Source of the DNA: Rhizophagus irregularis
Taxonomy: Eukaryota
Assembly: GCF_026210795.1 (NCBI RefSeq)
Contig: NC_089430.1
Coordinates: 4,712,001-4,776,000, forward strand
Length of the DNA: 64,000 bases
Direction of reading: 5' to 3'
Below, one piece after another: positions 23,303-37,900 of the stretch; within the stretch, counting starts at the first letter, position 1, and the number at the start of each line of letters is the position of its first letter. The translations under genes and the position numbers were made by a program. The notes below the pieces were generated by a model that saw nothing but the letters and a program-made list of their open reading frames with translations, had not been told where the DNA came from and ran no database searches.

Positions 23303-24582
23303 ATTTGTTGTTTGTTATTTTTTAAAAATAAGGGGAAAAAGTAATTCTTTTTGGAAAATATTTTATTATTGATTCTTTGTTTCGAATATTGAATTGGTGA
23401 AGAGGGTGGAGAAGGGTGGAGCTCAATTCTTTTTATATTTTTTAACTTATTAGTCGAATAGTAAAATTCTTTCTTTTTGTTCTGATCTAAAAATACGTGT
23501 AAAAGTTTAAAAATAAAAAAAAATGTTGCATAAAATATATTGCATTATATAATTTCTTTAAACAAGTTCTTTGTCGGAAATTATGAAGCGGAAATTTTAC
23601 TTTTTCGTCATTTGCAATAAGTCTTTTTAGTAAATATGAAAGTTCTATATATAAATTTTTACGCCATAAAAAAAATGACATTGAATTTGAAATTAAGATT
23701 TTTTTTAAAACATTTCTAATATTAGAAGAATATTACCAAAAAAAAAATCATTTATTTGAATATGTTATGTTTAAAAATTACAATGAAGAAAATGAATTTA
23801 TTCATATACATGCATAAAAGTGAAAAATCAGCAATTAAGGAAATAAGCATAATCCAAATGTTAGATTTTTGTATGCATATATTTTTTGCATTAAAAGGTC
23901 GTGATTCCAGAAAAAAAAGGGTTCCATTAAGTCGTTAAAAGGCCCAAAAGAAGGTTAGATCCAATTATATAAGGAAGGAGATCAACAAATAAAGTAAATG
24001 ATGTTGTAGATTGAAAATTGTTGTTAACTGAAATAGTTCTAGTTAATAAAATAAGGTAATAAAAAATGATTATCTTTAAAATGACAATCCATTTTATTAT
24101 ACGTGCATCTTTTTCGGCGGATTTTAAACATTTTTATCCATTGTATATATACTGCATATTTTAAAATTTTAAAAAATATCATATATAATAGAACCTTTTA
24201 TATTTTTGGCTGGTGGGAACTTTCAAGAATATAAACTCCGGAGAATAAATAAGTAACGCCATTAAACTTATTTTGTTTATGAAAAGTATTTTTTTTTTCA
24301 AATTTCATTTTTTTTTATGCATTAAACAGGTCCGAATCTTTTAAATTTTAAATGAATGATAAAATTATTAAGAGATCTAAAAAAGGTTAAATTCTTTTAC
24401 GAAAAATTTCGGAATAATGGTTGAAAAAAACTCCAACAATATTAACTACATTGTTACGTTAACTACATTGTAAAATATCAAGTTAGTTGTGGTAATATCT
24501 TTTTAATCAATGATCCAAAATGTCTTGTTCAATAATTTTAACCAATATGGTAATATATATTTGAAAAATTTCAGTGATCTAT

Positions 24583-24696
24583 CCCTATAAAAAAAAAAAA
24601 TTCTGAAAAAAACTCCGATAAATGATAATTTTTCTAGTTTTCATTTCGAAGTAACTCGGGTACGTGATCATTTTTCTGAAAAAATTTTTTATAGGG
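24583..24696. mobile_element. 114-bp CCCTATAAAA-type MITE in the R2 promoter
   Basis: TIR CCCTATAAAAAAA...TTTTTTATAGGG with TAT on both flanks. Same termini as 51647-51941. Confidence 0.7.
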
Positions 24697-24790
24697 TATT
24701 TTTTAAACTGGGGTTCATTTCTTTTTCATTGATTTTTTTTTTTAAAAAAAAAAATTATTCTCTAAAAAATTAATTTCAACTTTTTCAAAG

Positions 24791-27700
24791 ATGAAGAAGT
24801 TGAAGTTATCTTTTATTTTTCTTTTATCAATTATTTTACTATCGATATTACCTGTAAAATCTTCCATTACATTTGTAGAAGAAACACCTGAAACCCCTTC
24901 AACTCCTCGCGTGTTAAATTCAAATTTTTATGATGATGGCACGATAGTCGTTCGAATAGTTCGTGTAAACTACACAGCTCCTCCAAAAATTTGTGTGGAG
25001 GAATTCTTATCACTTCGTATAATTTATCCCGATAAAACTATTAAGAAATTGGATCTTTCAGCAGTTAAATTAAATATACAACCTTTCAACTTTTGTCTTC
25101 TTCCAACCGCTAATCCTATTAGATTTTACCCTGTAAAAAAAAATTTTTTGCTTATAACTTACGCGGAAGCTGAAGATGTAAACAGTCCTTACACTTATAA
25201 TGATTGGGGAATGATCATCGACTTAGATGGATCATTTAAAAGGTATATATGTAAATATAAATTAACCTTTTTATATATTTGATATGAGCATAAATAATAA
25301 AGATTATTTCGCTTCTTTTATAGTAAAATTTGGTTAGGTACATCCTACGTTAATACTACTACTAACGAATGGTTGCCCGCCCAAGATTCTGTCACATTAA
25401 ATATCCATAGAGACAATGGATTTCTTCGTACCGCGCCCGTAACTGGTACTAATTCTATGACCTTGAAACAATTCAAAGTGTAAGTATTAAATTTTAATTT
25501 ACGAAAATTAATTTTAATGTATAATTTAATTTATATATATTTCTTCTTTTATAAGAAATGAAATTGGTGAAGTTCAACTTCTTGCAGAAACTTCTATGAA
25601 TTTTACGGCTACTCCAATCGAAACAGTTGCAACAATGGACGGAGGATACGCGATTATTTATCCTAATTATGAATTTACAACAACAACAACAACAACAATG
25701 CCCCTTGCTCCATATATGTCGATCCATGGTTTTTTTTTACAAAACGGAAGTCCAGAAAAGCAAGGTCCATTTGTTCTTTATCAAACTCCAAATCCGGTAT
25801 CAAAAATTATTTTACTTGATTGTGATTTTACTAAAGTGGGATTTGGTCAAACTTGTATACTGGTTTTAAACATTGCACCAGTAATAGATCGAAATACGTT
25901 TATTAAAATTGATTTCCTTTCAACTGGAACTGTATATAATATTACTATGTTTCAAAACCCTGCTGATCTTATTGATTTTACTGTTGAGTCATTACAATAT
26001 GGTGGCTATCTCTTATATAGTAGAGCACCATTTCCAAATGATATGACTAAACTTAATCTTTATGGTTATATTTTGGATGACCATGGTAATCGTTATGATT
26101 GGAATATATCATACCCTACTACAACAAATTTTAATGGTGATGTTTTAGTTTTACCAAATAATACTATCGCAATTCCTCAACCGGAATTTCAACAAACTTG
26201 GGGTTTGCTCACCACTGACTTGTACAAGATCAAGGGTGCACAAGGTAAGGTGATACGAACGAGAAATAATATAATTACAGTATATCGTATAAAATTTTTT
26301 TAACTTGTATAAACTTTTAAAATGTTTACTAGATCATGGTTATGGAAATTTACATATCTTCAACACAACTCCGAACATTGGTGAAATTATAAATCCATCT
26401 AAAATTGAATTCCTTACAATTCAATTTTATGATAAAGTTGATTTATCATCTAATCATAACATTACAATTTTACAAGATGGTGGTATTATAAGACAAATTA
26501 CTTCTGTAAGCCATAATAATGGAGATTTTGTAAAAAATATTGATGGTTATACTATTCAAATCAAAGTGATTAATAGTACTTTTAATCAGCCTAATACAAT
26601 GTATTATATTATAATGGATGATGGTTTTGTAAAGAGTAAAGATCTTCAAGAGCCTATCATTGGCATACAAGATAATTCTTGGAAGTTTTTTACAAGTAAG
26701 TGTTTTATCTTATTTAAAATGAAAATAATATTAAATATATATAAAATAAAATTCTTTTTTTTTCATAATAGCTAAAGAAGGTGTTACGCAAAACAGTGGT
26801 TTCTCAAATTATTATAAAAAGAAAGTAAACGCATCTGCCATCAACGGAAAAGTTCTATTAAACGTAGACGGGACAGATTACTTCAGAAGGATTAAAGACG
26901 ATAAAATTAAAGTTAAAGAATTTTTTGACAATTTAACACGAGAACTGGCCGAAGCAATCCCTGTTGATTCGGAACGAATATATACAAATTACAAACATGA
27001 AATTGATACTTCCGCTTCACCTGAACAATATATTCTATCTATTAATATTGGAAAAGCCAAGAATGAAACCGAAAGATCTGTTGATTCTATCTCTGATAAT
27101 TTAAATACTTTAATAAGGAATAAACTTATTACTGTTATTGGTACTGGAGAGTATACAAATTATTTAGATGAAAGATATGGATATGTACCCATACGTAAGA
27201 ATCCAATTTTTTTTTCGGATAAAGGATTTCATCTCAAATAACTAAATAATAATTTTTTTTTTTTGTAAAAATAGCCAGGTGGATACAAGAACATTTGGGT
27301 AGTCTTCTTGGAACAATTGGATTGAACATCATATTATTGTCACTTGCTTATTGGGTAAATAATAACATTTAATATTAATATATTATTAAGATTATTATTT
27401 AATTTTTTTTTTAATTGAATATTGACAAAAAATGAAAAAATCTAACTTTTTTCTTTTGTTTTTAGTGTAACTCAATTGCAATTTTTTCATGTGGCAACGC
27501 TGTTGAAAAATTTGTGACGACAATCCTTTTTACTAGTAATGATGCAGATAGCGTGGAAAAAATTTTTCCTGCAAGGTAAAAAAAAAATTCCCCTAAAAAA
27601 ATGTATAGACTTATTTTAATCAAATACTGATTTATTCTCTTCCCTTTCCCTCACTAGTCTTTTTTTCGTGACATTCCCGTTTATCGTAAATTTAGGTTTT

Positions 27701-29310
27701 GCATTTAAAGTTGTAATTGATGAACTTATGAGACATGACTTACGAAAATTATTAAAAACCATTAAAAGACTTAAAGATGACTTAGTAAAAGAAGGCAACA
27801 ACTCTACAGTAGGAGGAGGCAACAATTCTACAGTAGGAGGAAGCAACAATTCTACAGTAGGAGGAAGCAACAATTCTACAGTAGGAGGAAGCAACAATTA
27901 TACAGTAATAGATGTCAACAATTCTACAGTAGTAAATGTCAACGATTCCATAATAGAAGTAGACAACAATAATACAGTAAAAGATGGCAATTTTAGTGTA
28001 GAAGATGGATCAAAGAAAGACGAAGTTGCCAAGCGCGAAGAAAAAGTTAAGAAATTTACGAAAGCGTTAAGAGAAACTAGAAAAGAATTAAAAAAAATTA
28101 ATGAAGAGTTAACAGAAGTTAGCAATCTCTCGAAAGGATTAAAAGAAGTCAATAAAAGTATAAAAAAATTAAAGGATTCAAATCCAAATTATGTAAAAGA
28201 CATCATGGAAAAATCAAACACAGTAAAAGACATCGTGGAAAAATTGAGAGGGATCAACAATCTTAGAGAAAGATTAATGCAAGTTGAAGATTTTACAGAA
28301 GAAATAATAGAAATTTGTAGAAATTTAAATGTACTTGGCAAATTATCAAAAGAATTGAAAAAAATTGATGAATTGGAAGTTATCCTTTCCAGAGAAGAAT
28401 CGGGAGAAGGAGGTACCATTAAGGAACATGTGGAAGAATTAAAAGAAGTTGTACACCTAAAAGGGCGATTAAATAAAGCTTTAAACCTTATGAATGAGTT
28501 AAAAAAAGAACTCCCGACGAGCGAAAAAGAATCTACGACGATCGATGAACTTACGAAGAGCAGAGATGAACTTACGAAAAGTAAAAAAGAACTTATAAGC
28601 GAATTAGCAAAACTTGAGAGTTTTCAAAAAGAATTAGAAAAATTAGAAAAACTTGAAAGCTATAAAGAAGAATTAGAAGAAGAATCGAATGAAGGAAATA
28701 ATGAAGAAGATAATAGAAGAGATAGTATATGGGAAGGAGTTAAGAAAAGGTTTAGTAGACTTATAAGTTTTCATGAGAAAATCGAAGAGGAGGCTAAAAA
28801 AGTGATAGAAAAAGATCAGCCGCCGAAGAAATATCGAAAATTTTCAAAATGGTTAAGAGATTATAAAGATAGTCAAACAATTGTAATAATATTCACGATA
28901 TTAGCAGGAGTTGATATTTCACATTTAGAATTGCTTGGATCAAAGTTACGAATTAAAATTCCAAGTATTGAATATTTTGATCTACATACTCGAAATATTG
29001 ACGTTAATTTTAATGCTAAATTATCTCATGCAGCAAAACATAGTTTATTTTTGGGTGATGTCACTAATATTTTCATTGAAGATATTTCTACAATATTTAT
29101 TCAGGTGTGTAATTTATTTTTGTATTAATTTTATTAATTTTTTATTTTTTTATTAAACCAATCATTAAAATGTTATTTTATTTGTTTAAGTGTTTTTATT
29201 TAGGTCAAGTCGTATCATTTGGGTACACACCTATTTATACTATTACAAAATCTATTATTCATCTCCTTAATAACTTATTTCACATATATACATATAAACG
29301 TAATCCTTGA
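24791..29310 (+). CDS. Multi-exon cell-surface multipass membrane protein R2 (about 1279 aa)
   Basis: Exons 24791-25242, 25324-25479, 25556-26244, 26333-26695, 26772-27194, 27275-27354, 27466-27575, 27658-29104, 29191-29310; 3840 nt, in frame. Intron positions and phases match R1. Confidence 0.88.
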
Positions 29311-29489
29311 ACATCAACCCGGGTAAACCCTTAATGGAAAGGCTATTGTTCGATCAAATACAACTTATTATTTGAATAAATATTTTATATTTTATTTAAT
29401 TTTCTAATATATAAATGCTATACATGATCTGCCTAAAAAAAAACTTTGTTTCTTTACGTATTGTGTCGTTTGCTAATTAATATTCGCAT

Positions 29490-31090
29490 GACTTTTGCTT
29501 GTGTGTTTCAGAGTTTCGGAGGCACTTAATGTTCGATAGTTGCGTAGGAAGCTAAAACAAGGTCCTTCAAGAACAAAATAAAGACCATTGTCAGAAAGAT
29601 CAACTCTGATTATCCGGCCATCTGGAACTTTACGTGACAAATATTAATCGCATATAACTTAAACAACATAATCAATACAAAGAACTTTACCAGCAAATTG
29701 TATGCCTGACTTAAATTTTTCATTGTTTCATCTAATAAATCTTCTTTAAGAAATTTGTCAAGTACACCTTTTGTTGTTCTCAGACATTTTGAGCGATCAT
29801 GAATAGCCTTGGCAGATGTTAGATTCTTGATGCACTCTGTATGATTTAGTTCAATATCTTTGCATTTATGAACAATCCTCAGGTTGATTTTTCATCGTCT
29901 CTCGTTATATTTTCTCCCTTTATATTGCTATTAAGCGAGTGTAGATAACATAATAGAGATAATCTTACCAATGAAGATTCAAAATATCCAAGACATCATT
30001 GAAAATGTCATTCAGAATAGCATTTATCACATAATCCATTTCGCTAAGATTTTTTCGTTTTCCGATTTTCTCATTAAATAAGTATGAATTATCAAGATAT
30101 TTGTCGATCCTCGCAAAAGCATTAGAAAGCATTAGTAATAGACTTAATATAGTAAATTACATAATTAAAAAAAAACTAATTTTAACATCTTACACATGAT
30201 TGATCGCGATTTGTCGCGACTTGTCGAACCATTGGAGTATTCTTGTTAGTTCTAATATTCCCATGCATCAATATATCAACATAGTGCCCACACATCTGAG
30301 AATGAATAAATGGATTAAACAATGGTAGTCGTATATGCGTATATGTCAAAAGTTAATAAACACTTACTTCATCATCAATATTGACGATCGCTTGAATTTC
30401 ACCTTCAAAAGAATTGGTAATCATGTTGATTTGACTATACACCTTCTTTATATCATTCCATCCATTCCTGAACCAGATATGCGTATCATTACAAAATTCT
30501 GAGAACAAATCTGTATCGAAGAAAGTCCTAAATTGTATTTGTAATAGTCACATTAGCAACTTTTCCCTAGTGTACTATATCAATAATGATTAAATTCATA
30601 CCGAATAACGCTCATTGTCCGTTTGCTTTCTTGCTTTTCGTTGAGACTGATTTCACTAATTCGGCAGTGTTTTTGTAAGTGCATCAATGATGGTCATCTT
30701 TCAACTTCCAATCAGTCTCATGAGTTTCACTCGCATACTCTTCGTTGCCTGATTCCAATGATTCCAGTGGATTAGAAGGTTTAATATGAAAGATTTAGGA
30801 TTAGTAATAGTCTTTAACTAACATGTCAATTTATCATTAATTTCCCACCCTACCTAACCATCGAACCAAGTAGACCACTTGTATTCCAGTGGGTCCAGTG
30901 CCGGATCAGCGAGCACCTTTGTCATTAGATCATCTATTTGCTAGCACCAGTTGCGTAGCTCAGTAAATAGCAACCTAGTAGGCCTAGGTAGGTCTAGCCG
31001 TGCACTTTCTTTTCAACTACCTTCCCAAATAAAAAGATTTTTATTTACCTTTTTATATCCATCTAGAAGCACCTGTGCTCTTTACCGCCT
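29490..31090 (-). pseudogene. Decayed multi-exon gene, possibly PD-(D/E)xK-like nuclease fold
   Basis: Minus-strand coding-like fragment LRIVHKCKDIELNHTECIKNLTSAKAIHDRSKCLRTTKGVLDKFLKEDL, intron-like signals and multiple stops or frameshifts. Fold assignment is tentative. Confidence 0.45.
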
Positions 31091-31649
31091 GCTACTTTGA
31101 TCAGAACCAGAAATTGCTTCGAGATATTACGTAAAAATCTATTTTTCAATCAAACGGCTCTAAATTAGGCCCATTTAGAAAGTCAGGAATCACCAGCTTC
31201 CAGGATTTATTTTGAAATATTCGGACATATGTATTATAGATATTATATAATACTTGGCATGAGAAATATTGATAATACAGTTAATTGAGGTATATATAAA
31301 ACTTTTTTTCTTCCGGGGGATTGGAAAATTTTGTACAATCGTAATAATAATAATATCTTATTTTAAAATAATACAATATATATTCTTGACATATTTATCC
31401 GTGAGATACTTAACAGTTAACAGTTAACGTTAGAAAAGATAGAATGTGAGAATCGATTAATATATATAGAAATCGATTGTCACATGTTAACAGTTGACAA
31501 GTCGCCTTTAACCATTTACGTTTTATTGGTCAAATGATAATCGGTCATGTGCTATAAGATTCAAAATTACCACTTTCACACTTTCACATTATCTGTTATA
31601 TTGTTAACCCCAAAAAATTTTTACGTTACGTTATATCTCATTAAGACAA

Positions 31650-33235
31650 AAATATTATGTTTCTCAGTCAAATTATTTCGACTGGCGCATCATAGCCAGA
31701 CCAGACGTTCTTTCACGAAAAGGCAGGAATGGACGAACCTTGAATGGTACAAATTCTTAATAGAAAATATTCGTACAAACAAAGAAACCTTCGTCTTAAC
31801 TTGGACTTCAGCAGCCCTCCCATTATTAACATTAATGTTACACGTCCCAAAATTCCTCTGGTCTCGTTTAATTCAAGCAAAGACTCAAGAACCTGGTTGA
31901 TTTCTGGTCCCCATGAACTAACGACATAGTTTATGGAAGAATTTTAGAAATCACATAGACCGCATTGTCCACCAATGCTTTTTATGGAACTCTAACCAAT
32001 CAATCTTAGGAGATAGCCATAATTGTGTAATGCATCGCCCATACTACGTGGGAGGGCATAGGAGGATTTAAGACCTAAATGTGTTTATCTGGGTCAAATT
32101 ATAAAATTTTCACAACAATTTATATCCATTATACTCCCAAACAAAGAAATATCCGTATTATTAACAAACATTCGCACCATACCTTCCGTTGTACTGCCTA
32201 CAGCGATTTTCTAGTTATAATTCATTTACCAATAGAACGGCCTTTACCTCTTCCTAAGGTTTCAATCAACTGTACAGTTATCTGGTGTAATTATAGATCA
32301 GTTAATTAATATTTCTATTGCGATTAATAGTTCATCAAATATCTCAATTTATACGGATGGCTCAATTACAGATCCCGATTCGGTTTTATCAGAGTTAGGT
32401 TTAGGTTGGATCATAGATCTCCCTACCAACATCACGCTGAAATTCAACGCTTCAACCGAACGCTGGAGTTCCTCCATCAAAGCGGAGGCTTTAGCAACAT
32501 GTACCGCTTTAATTACGTGCCCAAAAGATAGTTTAGTTAACATCTTTATAGGCTCAACAATGTTGCAAATAATCCGTTGATACCATAGCTATTTTAAAAA
32601 TCAACAATTATCTCATCAATCTGGAAAGCCATAGAACTGATAATCCTTTACCAAAGTCAAAGCTAATTCTGATGACGTCTTAAATGATGAAGCCGACAAA
32701 CTAGCAAAGCTGGGTGCGACTTCACCGTATATTATCATCATCAATAAAGACATCGACACATTTATCTCAACAATGAATATTCAATGGGCAACTCAATTGT
32801 GATCGATAGGAATATATGGAAAACAATGAGGTCTATTTTTAACAACAACTTACTTTATTAAAAATGCGTTCATAAACAACCTCATCGACTGGCCATGGAC
32901 TAAACCATGGATTAATCACAACCAAACAGATCGCCCAACGTCACTTTTAAAAATTAGCGAAACTTATGTTATAAACTGAAATCGTTCACACAATCGCTGC
33001 CAACTGGAGATCTTAATACATATTACCCTCAGATTATTTAACACTCTCACATGTTTTCACCGCAATCAAGAATTAGGTTCTAGCCGCCATTTATGGACGT
33101 GTCATCATAACGTAAGAAATTTTCAATAAACATAAACAAATCCTTATCCAAACTCTTGAACAACATTGTGATAAATTGTTGATTTTACTCAAAGTTTCTA
33201 TTGAACGCAATCCTATATTCAAATGGATATCAAAC
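31650..33235 (+). mobile_element. Degenerate non-LTR retrotransposon 3' part (RNase H plus Cys/His knuckle remnant)
   Basis: From 32341 the + frame reads ISIYTDGS...LGLGW...SSIKAEALATCTALITCP..VNIF, then TKVKANSDDVLNDEADKLAKLG (RNase HI motifs), then SLPTGDL and HLWTC. Many frameshifts. Confidence 0.8.
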
Positions 33236-33249
33236 CTCGACGGGCCTAC

Positions 33250-34120
33250 CATCAAGAATCTATCATTGGTATACAAGATACTGCTTGGAATTTTTTAAGT
33301 AAGTGCTAATGTTACGTATATGCGTAGAAGAAAATTCTTTTTTTTTTCCATAATAGTTCAATTGCTCAATTAACCAAAATTTCGAAATTAATTAAAATAG
33401 AAAATACAGATCCTACTCACGAGAAAAGAATGCGAATAATTAATGGCGCCAATTAAAAAGTTAGTTCGAAAAGTATATCAAATATGTACAAACGCATCTA
33501 GCATTGAAAAGTTTGGTCGACTTCAGAGTTACTTCAAATGTTTTAAAGATGATGTATGTATGTATGATAATTTACACAAGAACCGGCTAAAGCAATCCAC
33601 TTGCTAATTTGATGGTCGCTGGTGATTTGAAAGAAATCAACGTTAACGGAGATGAATCACAAGAAGTCATCATTAACAAAGAAGAATTGAAAGAAGTTAT
33701 CGTTAACAAGAAAGAATTAAAAGAAGTTAGCATATTTAGAGAAGAAATTGGTAGAGAGTTTGAAAGTTAATGAATCCACGGAATAATTAAAAGATGAGAG
33801 AAAGTAAGAGATGGAGTAATATATGGGAAGGAGTTAGATATGGATTAGTAAAATTATACATATAGGAGGAATGTGGAAAATGCTGAAAAATTGGTAAAAT
33901 GGTTAAGAGATTATAAAGGTAATCAGTATTTTTAAATTAATTTTTTTTACCTTTTATTAAGCCAAACATTAAAATTCATTTAATTATTTTTTTGATAGAA
34001 TTTAGTTTGATTCAAGTTGTATCATCTCGTTACATCATATACACTATTTCGAAATCTATTATATAATACGATCATATATATAGAATAATCTTTCAAATTT
34101 TTTATTGTTCGATCAATAAT
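33250..34120 (+). pseudogene. Heavily deleted fifth copy (R5) of the membrane-protein gene
   Basis: Collinear fragments matching the exon 4 end (CAAGAATCTATCATTGGTATACAAGAT..GCTTGGAAT), exon 5, exon 8 (AAATGGTTAAGAGATTATAAAG), exon 9 (CAAGTTGTATCA..TACACTATTTCGAAATCTATT) and the 3' UTR (TTATTGTTCGATCAATA). Confidence 0.8.
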
Positions 34121-34956
34121 TTAATTATTATTTGAATAAAATATTTCTATATACTGTACGATCTGTACGTATATAATGATGAATTTTCTAATACAATTAG
34201 ACGGTCAGGTATCGTAATTGTGATTAGATCATATACTGTAACAGCTATCACGTGCAACCGCAGAGGCAAGTTTGACGTGCGTTAACTATATGTAATAAGA
34301 TGCCATTGTAATTTACGTGAAAAACCCGCATCGAAAGATAATAAGATGTTAAAACTAATTGCATAAATTTGAAATTATTATTATTATTCAAATTAGTCAT
34401 ATTAAATATAAATGTACGTAACATGAAATTTAAATTTTTGTATTAAAGATTCTAAGTGGCAAATTGTCGAATGTCGATCACTATATTGTAATACGAAGGT
34501 AATATAAACTTCAAATAACTTCATTGAATTCTGATCGATCGATCACATTTGATCGATGATGGCGTATAATTAAAATAATTTGTTGTAAATAATTTGACAT
34601 TGTTTTCCTCTTTTGGATCAAAAAAAAAGAATTAACTATACCGCGTCGATAACACGCATAGTATTATACATTATTGTATTTGAAACGTTATTACTAATCT
34701 TTAGCATCTAAGAAATAAAATTTTATATTTATTCACGTAACTAGACAAGAGTAATGAAGTGAGGATATTATAGCACTCATCAATAATTTTGAAATTCGTA
34801 CTGTCACTTTGATCACAAATTAGCAGTAAGTTAAAAAGAGTTATTACAATAAATTACTTTATTAAACTCATTATGATAACAATTATACATGATAAATAAT
34901 GAAAAAAAAATCGGTAAAGTACCAATAATATTTGTGATTTAGTAAATATTAACTAA

Positions 34957-37900
34957 TTAATTATTATCTACTGATTTCGTACAAGGAAATATTCTACCAA
35001 TGATGATTCTAAATGATCCAGCCCAACTATTTCCCTGTTCCGACATATATTTATATATACAACGTAGATTATTTATGAGATGTAAAAAGGAATATAATAT
35101 AATGTATATAGGCGTGTAACCAGCTGATACAACTCGGCTCAAATAAAAGCTCTATTGATTAAAAAAAAATATTAAAATTTAATTAATGAAAAATATTAAT
35201 GTAAAAAGAAATTTTCATACCTGAATAAATATTTCGGCAAGATCATTTATGAAAATATTAGTGATATTTCCAAAAAATATTTTACGTTTTGCTGCATAAG
35301 ATAAATTAGCATTAAAATTAAGATCTCGAATTCGTGATGGCACCTTTGATTTAAGCCAATTAAGCCTACAAGTTTGAATTTGTAACATCGATCCAAGTAA
35401 TTCTAAATGTAAAATATTAACTCCTGCTAGTATCGTGAATATTACTACAATTATTTGATTATCTTTATTATCTTTTAACCATTTTGAAAATTTTCGATAT
35501 TGCTTTATCGGCTGATCCCCCTTAATTTTTTTCAACCCATTTTCTATTATATCTTTAATCTTATAAATCTGTTCTTTACTTTCTTCCCAAACATTACTAC
35601 AATACCGATGGTTTTTCTTCTGTTCTTCTCGATTTTCTACGTAATCTTCATTATTTTGCGATAATTTAACTTGAATTGATTCCATACAACTGATAATATC
35701 TTTCAATTCTTCTTTAAGTTTGCGTTTGTTAGATATTTTTTCCTCATTTTTTATTCCTAATTCTTTTATATATTTGTTAGTTTTTATAAAATCAAGTTCT
35801 TTAACTTTTTTTAATATTTCTATAAGTTCGCTAAATCTTTTGAATTCTTTCATAAGAGCGTTAAATTCTTCGATATTAATTTCTTTTAATTTTTCTTTTA
35901 GTTTAATACGTTCTAGTTCTATAAGTTTGATTAAATCTTCTGTAAATTTGATGACTTCTTTTAATTCTTTTGTGAAATTTTCAACTTGATCTATTTTTTC
36001 TAAGAGTTTCTTAACTTGTTGCAAGTTTTTTATAATAGATTTTACTTCCTTCAATTTAATTTCTTCTTGACTCTCTAATTTACTTATAAGATCATTAGCA
36101 TCTTTTAATTTTTTCGTAATTCCTTTAAATTCATTTAAATCATCTTTAACTTTTTTTAGCTCAACTTTAGCTTTTTTTAATACCATTGTAATTTCGTTAT
36201 TAACTATTTGTAACTTTTCTTTGTGATCGCTGTGATTATTACCTTTTTCTAATAGATCATCGTAACTGTCTAATATGTCTAATAATTCTTTAACTTTTTT
36301 TAATAATTTTGCAAAGTCATTTGAATCAAATCTCGTGAGCTCATTTAATACAATAACAAATGCAAAACATAAATTTACGATAAATGGAAATGTCACGAAG
36401 AAAAGACTTTGAGATGGAAAAGGAAAAGAAAAAAAAAATTATTGTAAGTAATTTTTTTTTCGTTTTAACGTTAATTTCACTATATTTAAAACTTGTTTTA
36501 CCTTGTAGTAAATATATTTTCAACGGCTCCTGCATCTCTTCTAATAAAAAGAATAGTCATCGTAAATTTTGCAATAGAGATACCACATTCAATAATTGCA
36601 AATGAATTAAACTGAAAATAAAATATCATTTGTCAGCAATTAGTTTTTACTTCAATTAAAAATTACAGTAATTATATTTTTTTTTTATATACCATAAAAG
36701 CAATTATGATCAATAATATTGTATATATAACTAAACCAATAAGGCTCATCAAATATTTATCTATCCAACTGGCTGTTTATACAAAAACAAATAATATTAA
36801 ATTTTGTTATATGAGATAAGATTCTTTCATACGAAAAAAAAAAATGGATTCTTACGTAAGATTTTATATCCATATTCATGATCCAAATAATTTGAATATT
36901 CTCCAGAACCAATAACAGTTATAAGTTTATTCTTTATTAAAGTATCTAAATCTTCAGCGATTGAATTATCTGACTTTTCATCTTTATTCTTAGCTTTTTT
37001 TATATTAATAGCCAAAATGTATTGTTCAGGTGAAACTGAAGTATCAATTTCATATCTTTCATTTGTTGTTATTCGTTCTGAACCAACAGGGACCGCTTTG
37101 GCTAATTCTGATGTTAAATTATCAAAAAATTCTTTACGTTTAAGTTTATCATGTTTAAAACTTTTAAAATAAGTGGTTCCGTCTGAAGTCAATCGAACTT
37201 TTCCGTTAATACTGGAGTCAATCATATCTTTAATTTTCTCTTTCAAATTGGATTTACTTGAAACACTTTCGTTTTCTGTAAAAGAAAATTTTCAAGAAAA
37301 AATGGTCATATTCGTAAATATAATTTTTTTTTTTCGTTTTATTTTTTTTCGTTCAAAATAAGAGAAATTTTATATAGAACTTACTTGTTATAAAACTCCA
37401 ACCACTATTTTGTATACCAATGATAGGTTCTTGGTAATTTCTATTTTTTACAAAACCATTGTCAATTAAAACATAATACTTTGCATTAGGCTGATTAAAA
37501 GTACTATCAATCACTGTGATTTCAATGGTAAAGTCATCGATATATCTTACAAATTCTCCATTATTATTGCTTATAGAAGTGATTTGACGTATAATACCAT
37601 TCCCAGTACCATCATCTTGTAAAATTGTAACATTATAATTCGGTGATAAATCAACTTGATCATAATATTTAATCGTAAATATTTTGGTTTCAGATGGGTC
37701 GATAATTGCGTTAACTTCTGGAATTGTAGCATTGATTTGTAAATTTTCAAAACCATTATCTAGTAATATATAAGTAAAGTTAAAAAATAAAGTTAATAAT
37801 TATTTAGGAATTAAAATTTTTTTTTTTTCGTTTGAATCATTTTACCTCGTGCTCCCTCGATTCTACTTAAATCAATGGAGATTAAAGACCAACTTTGACC

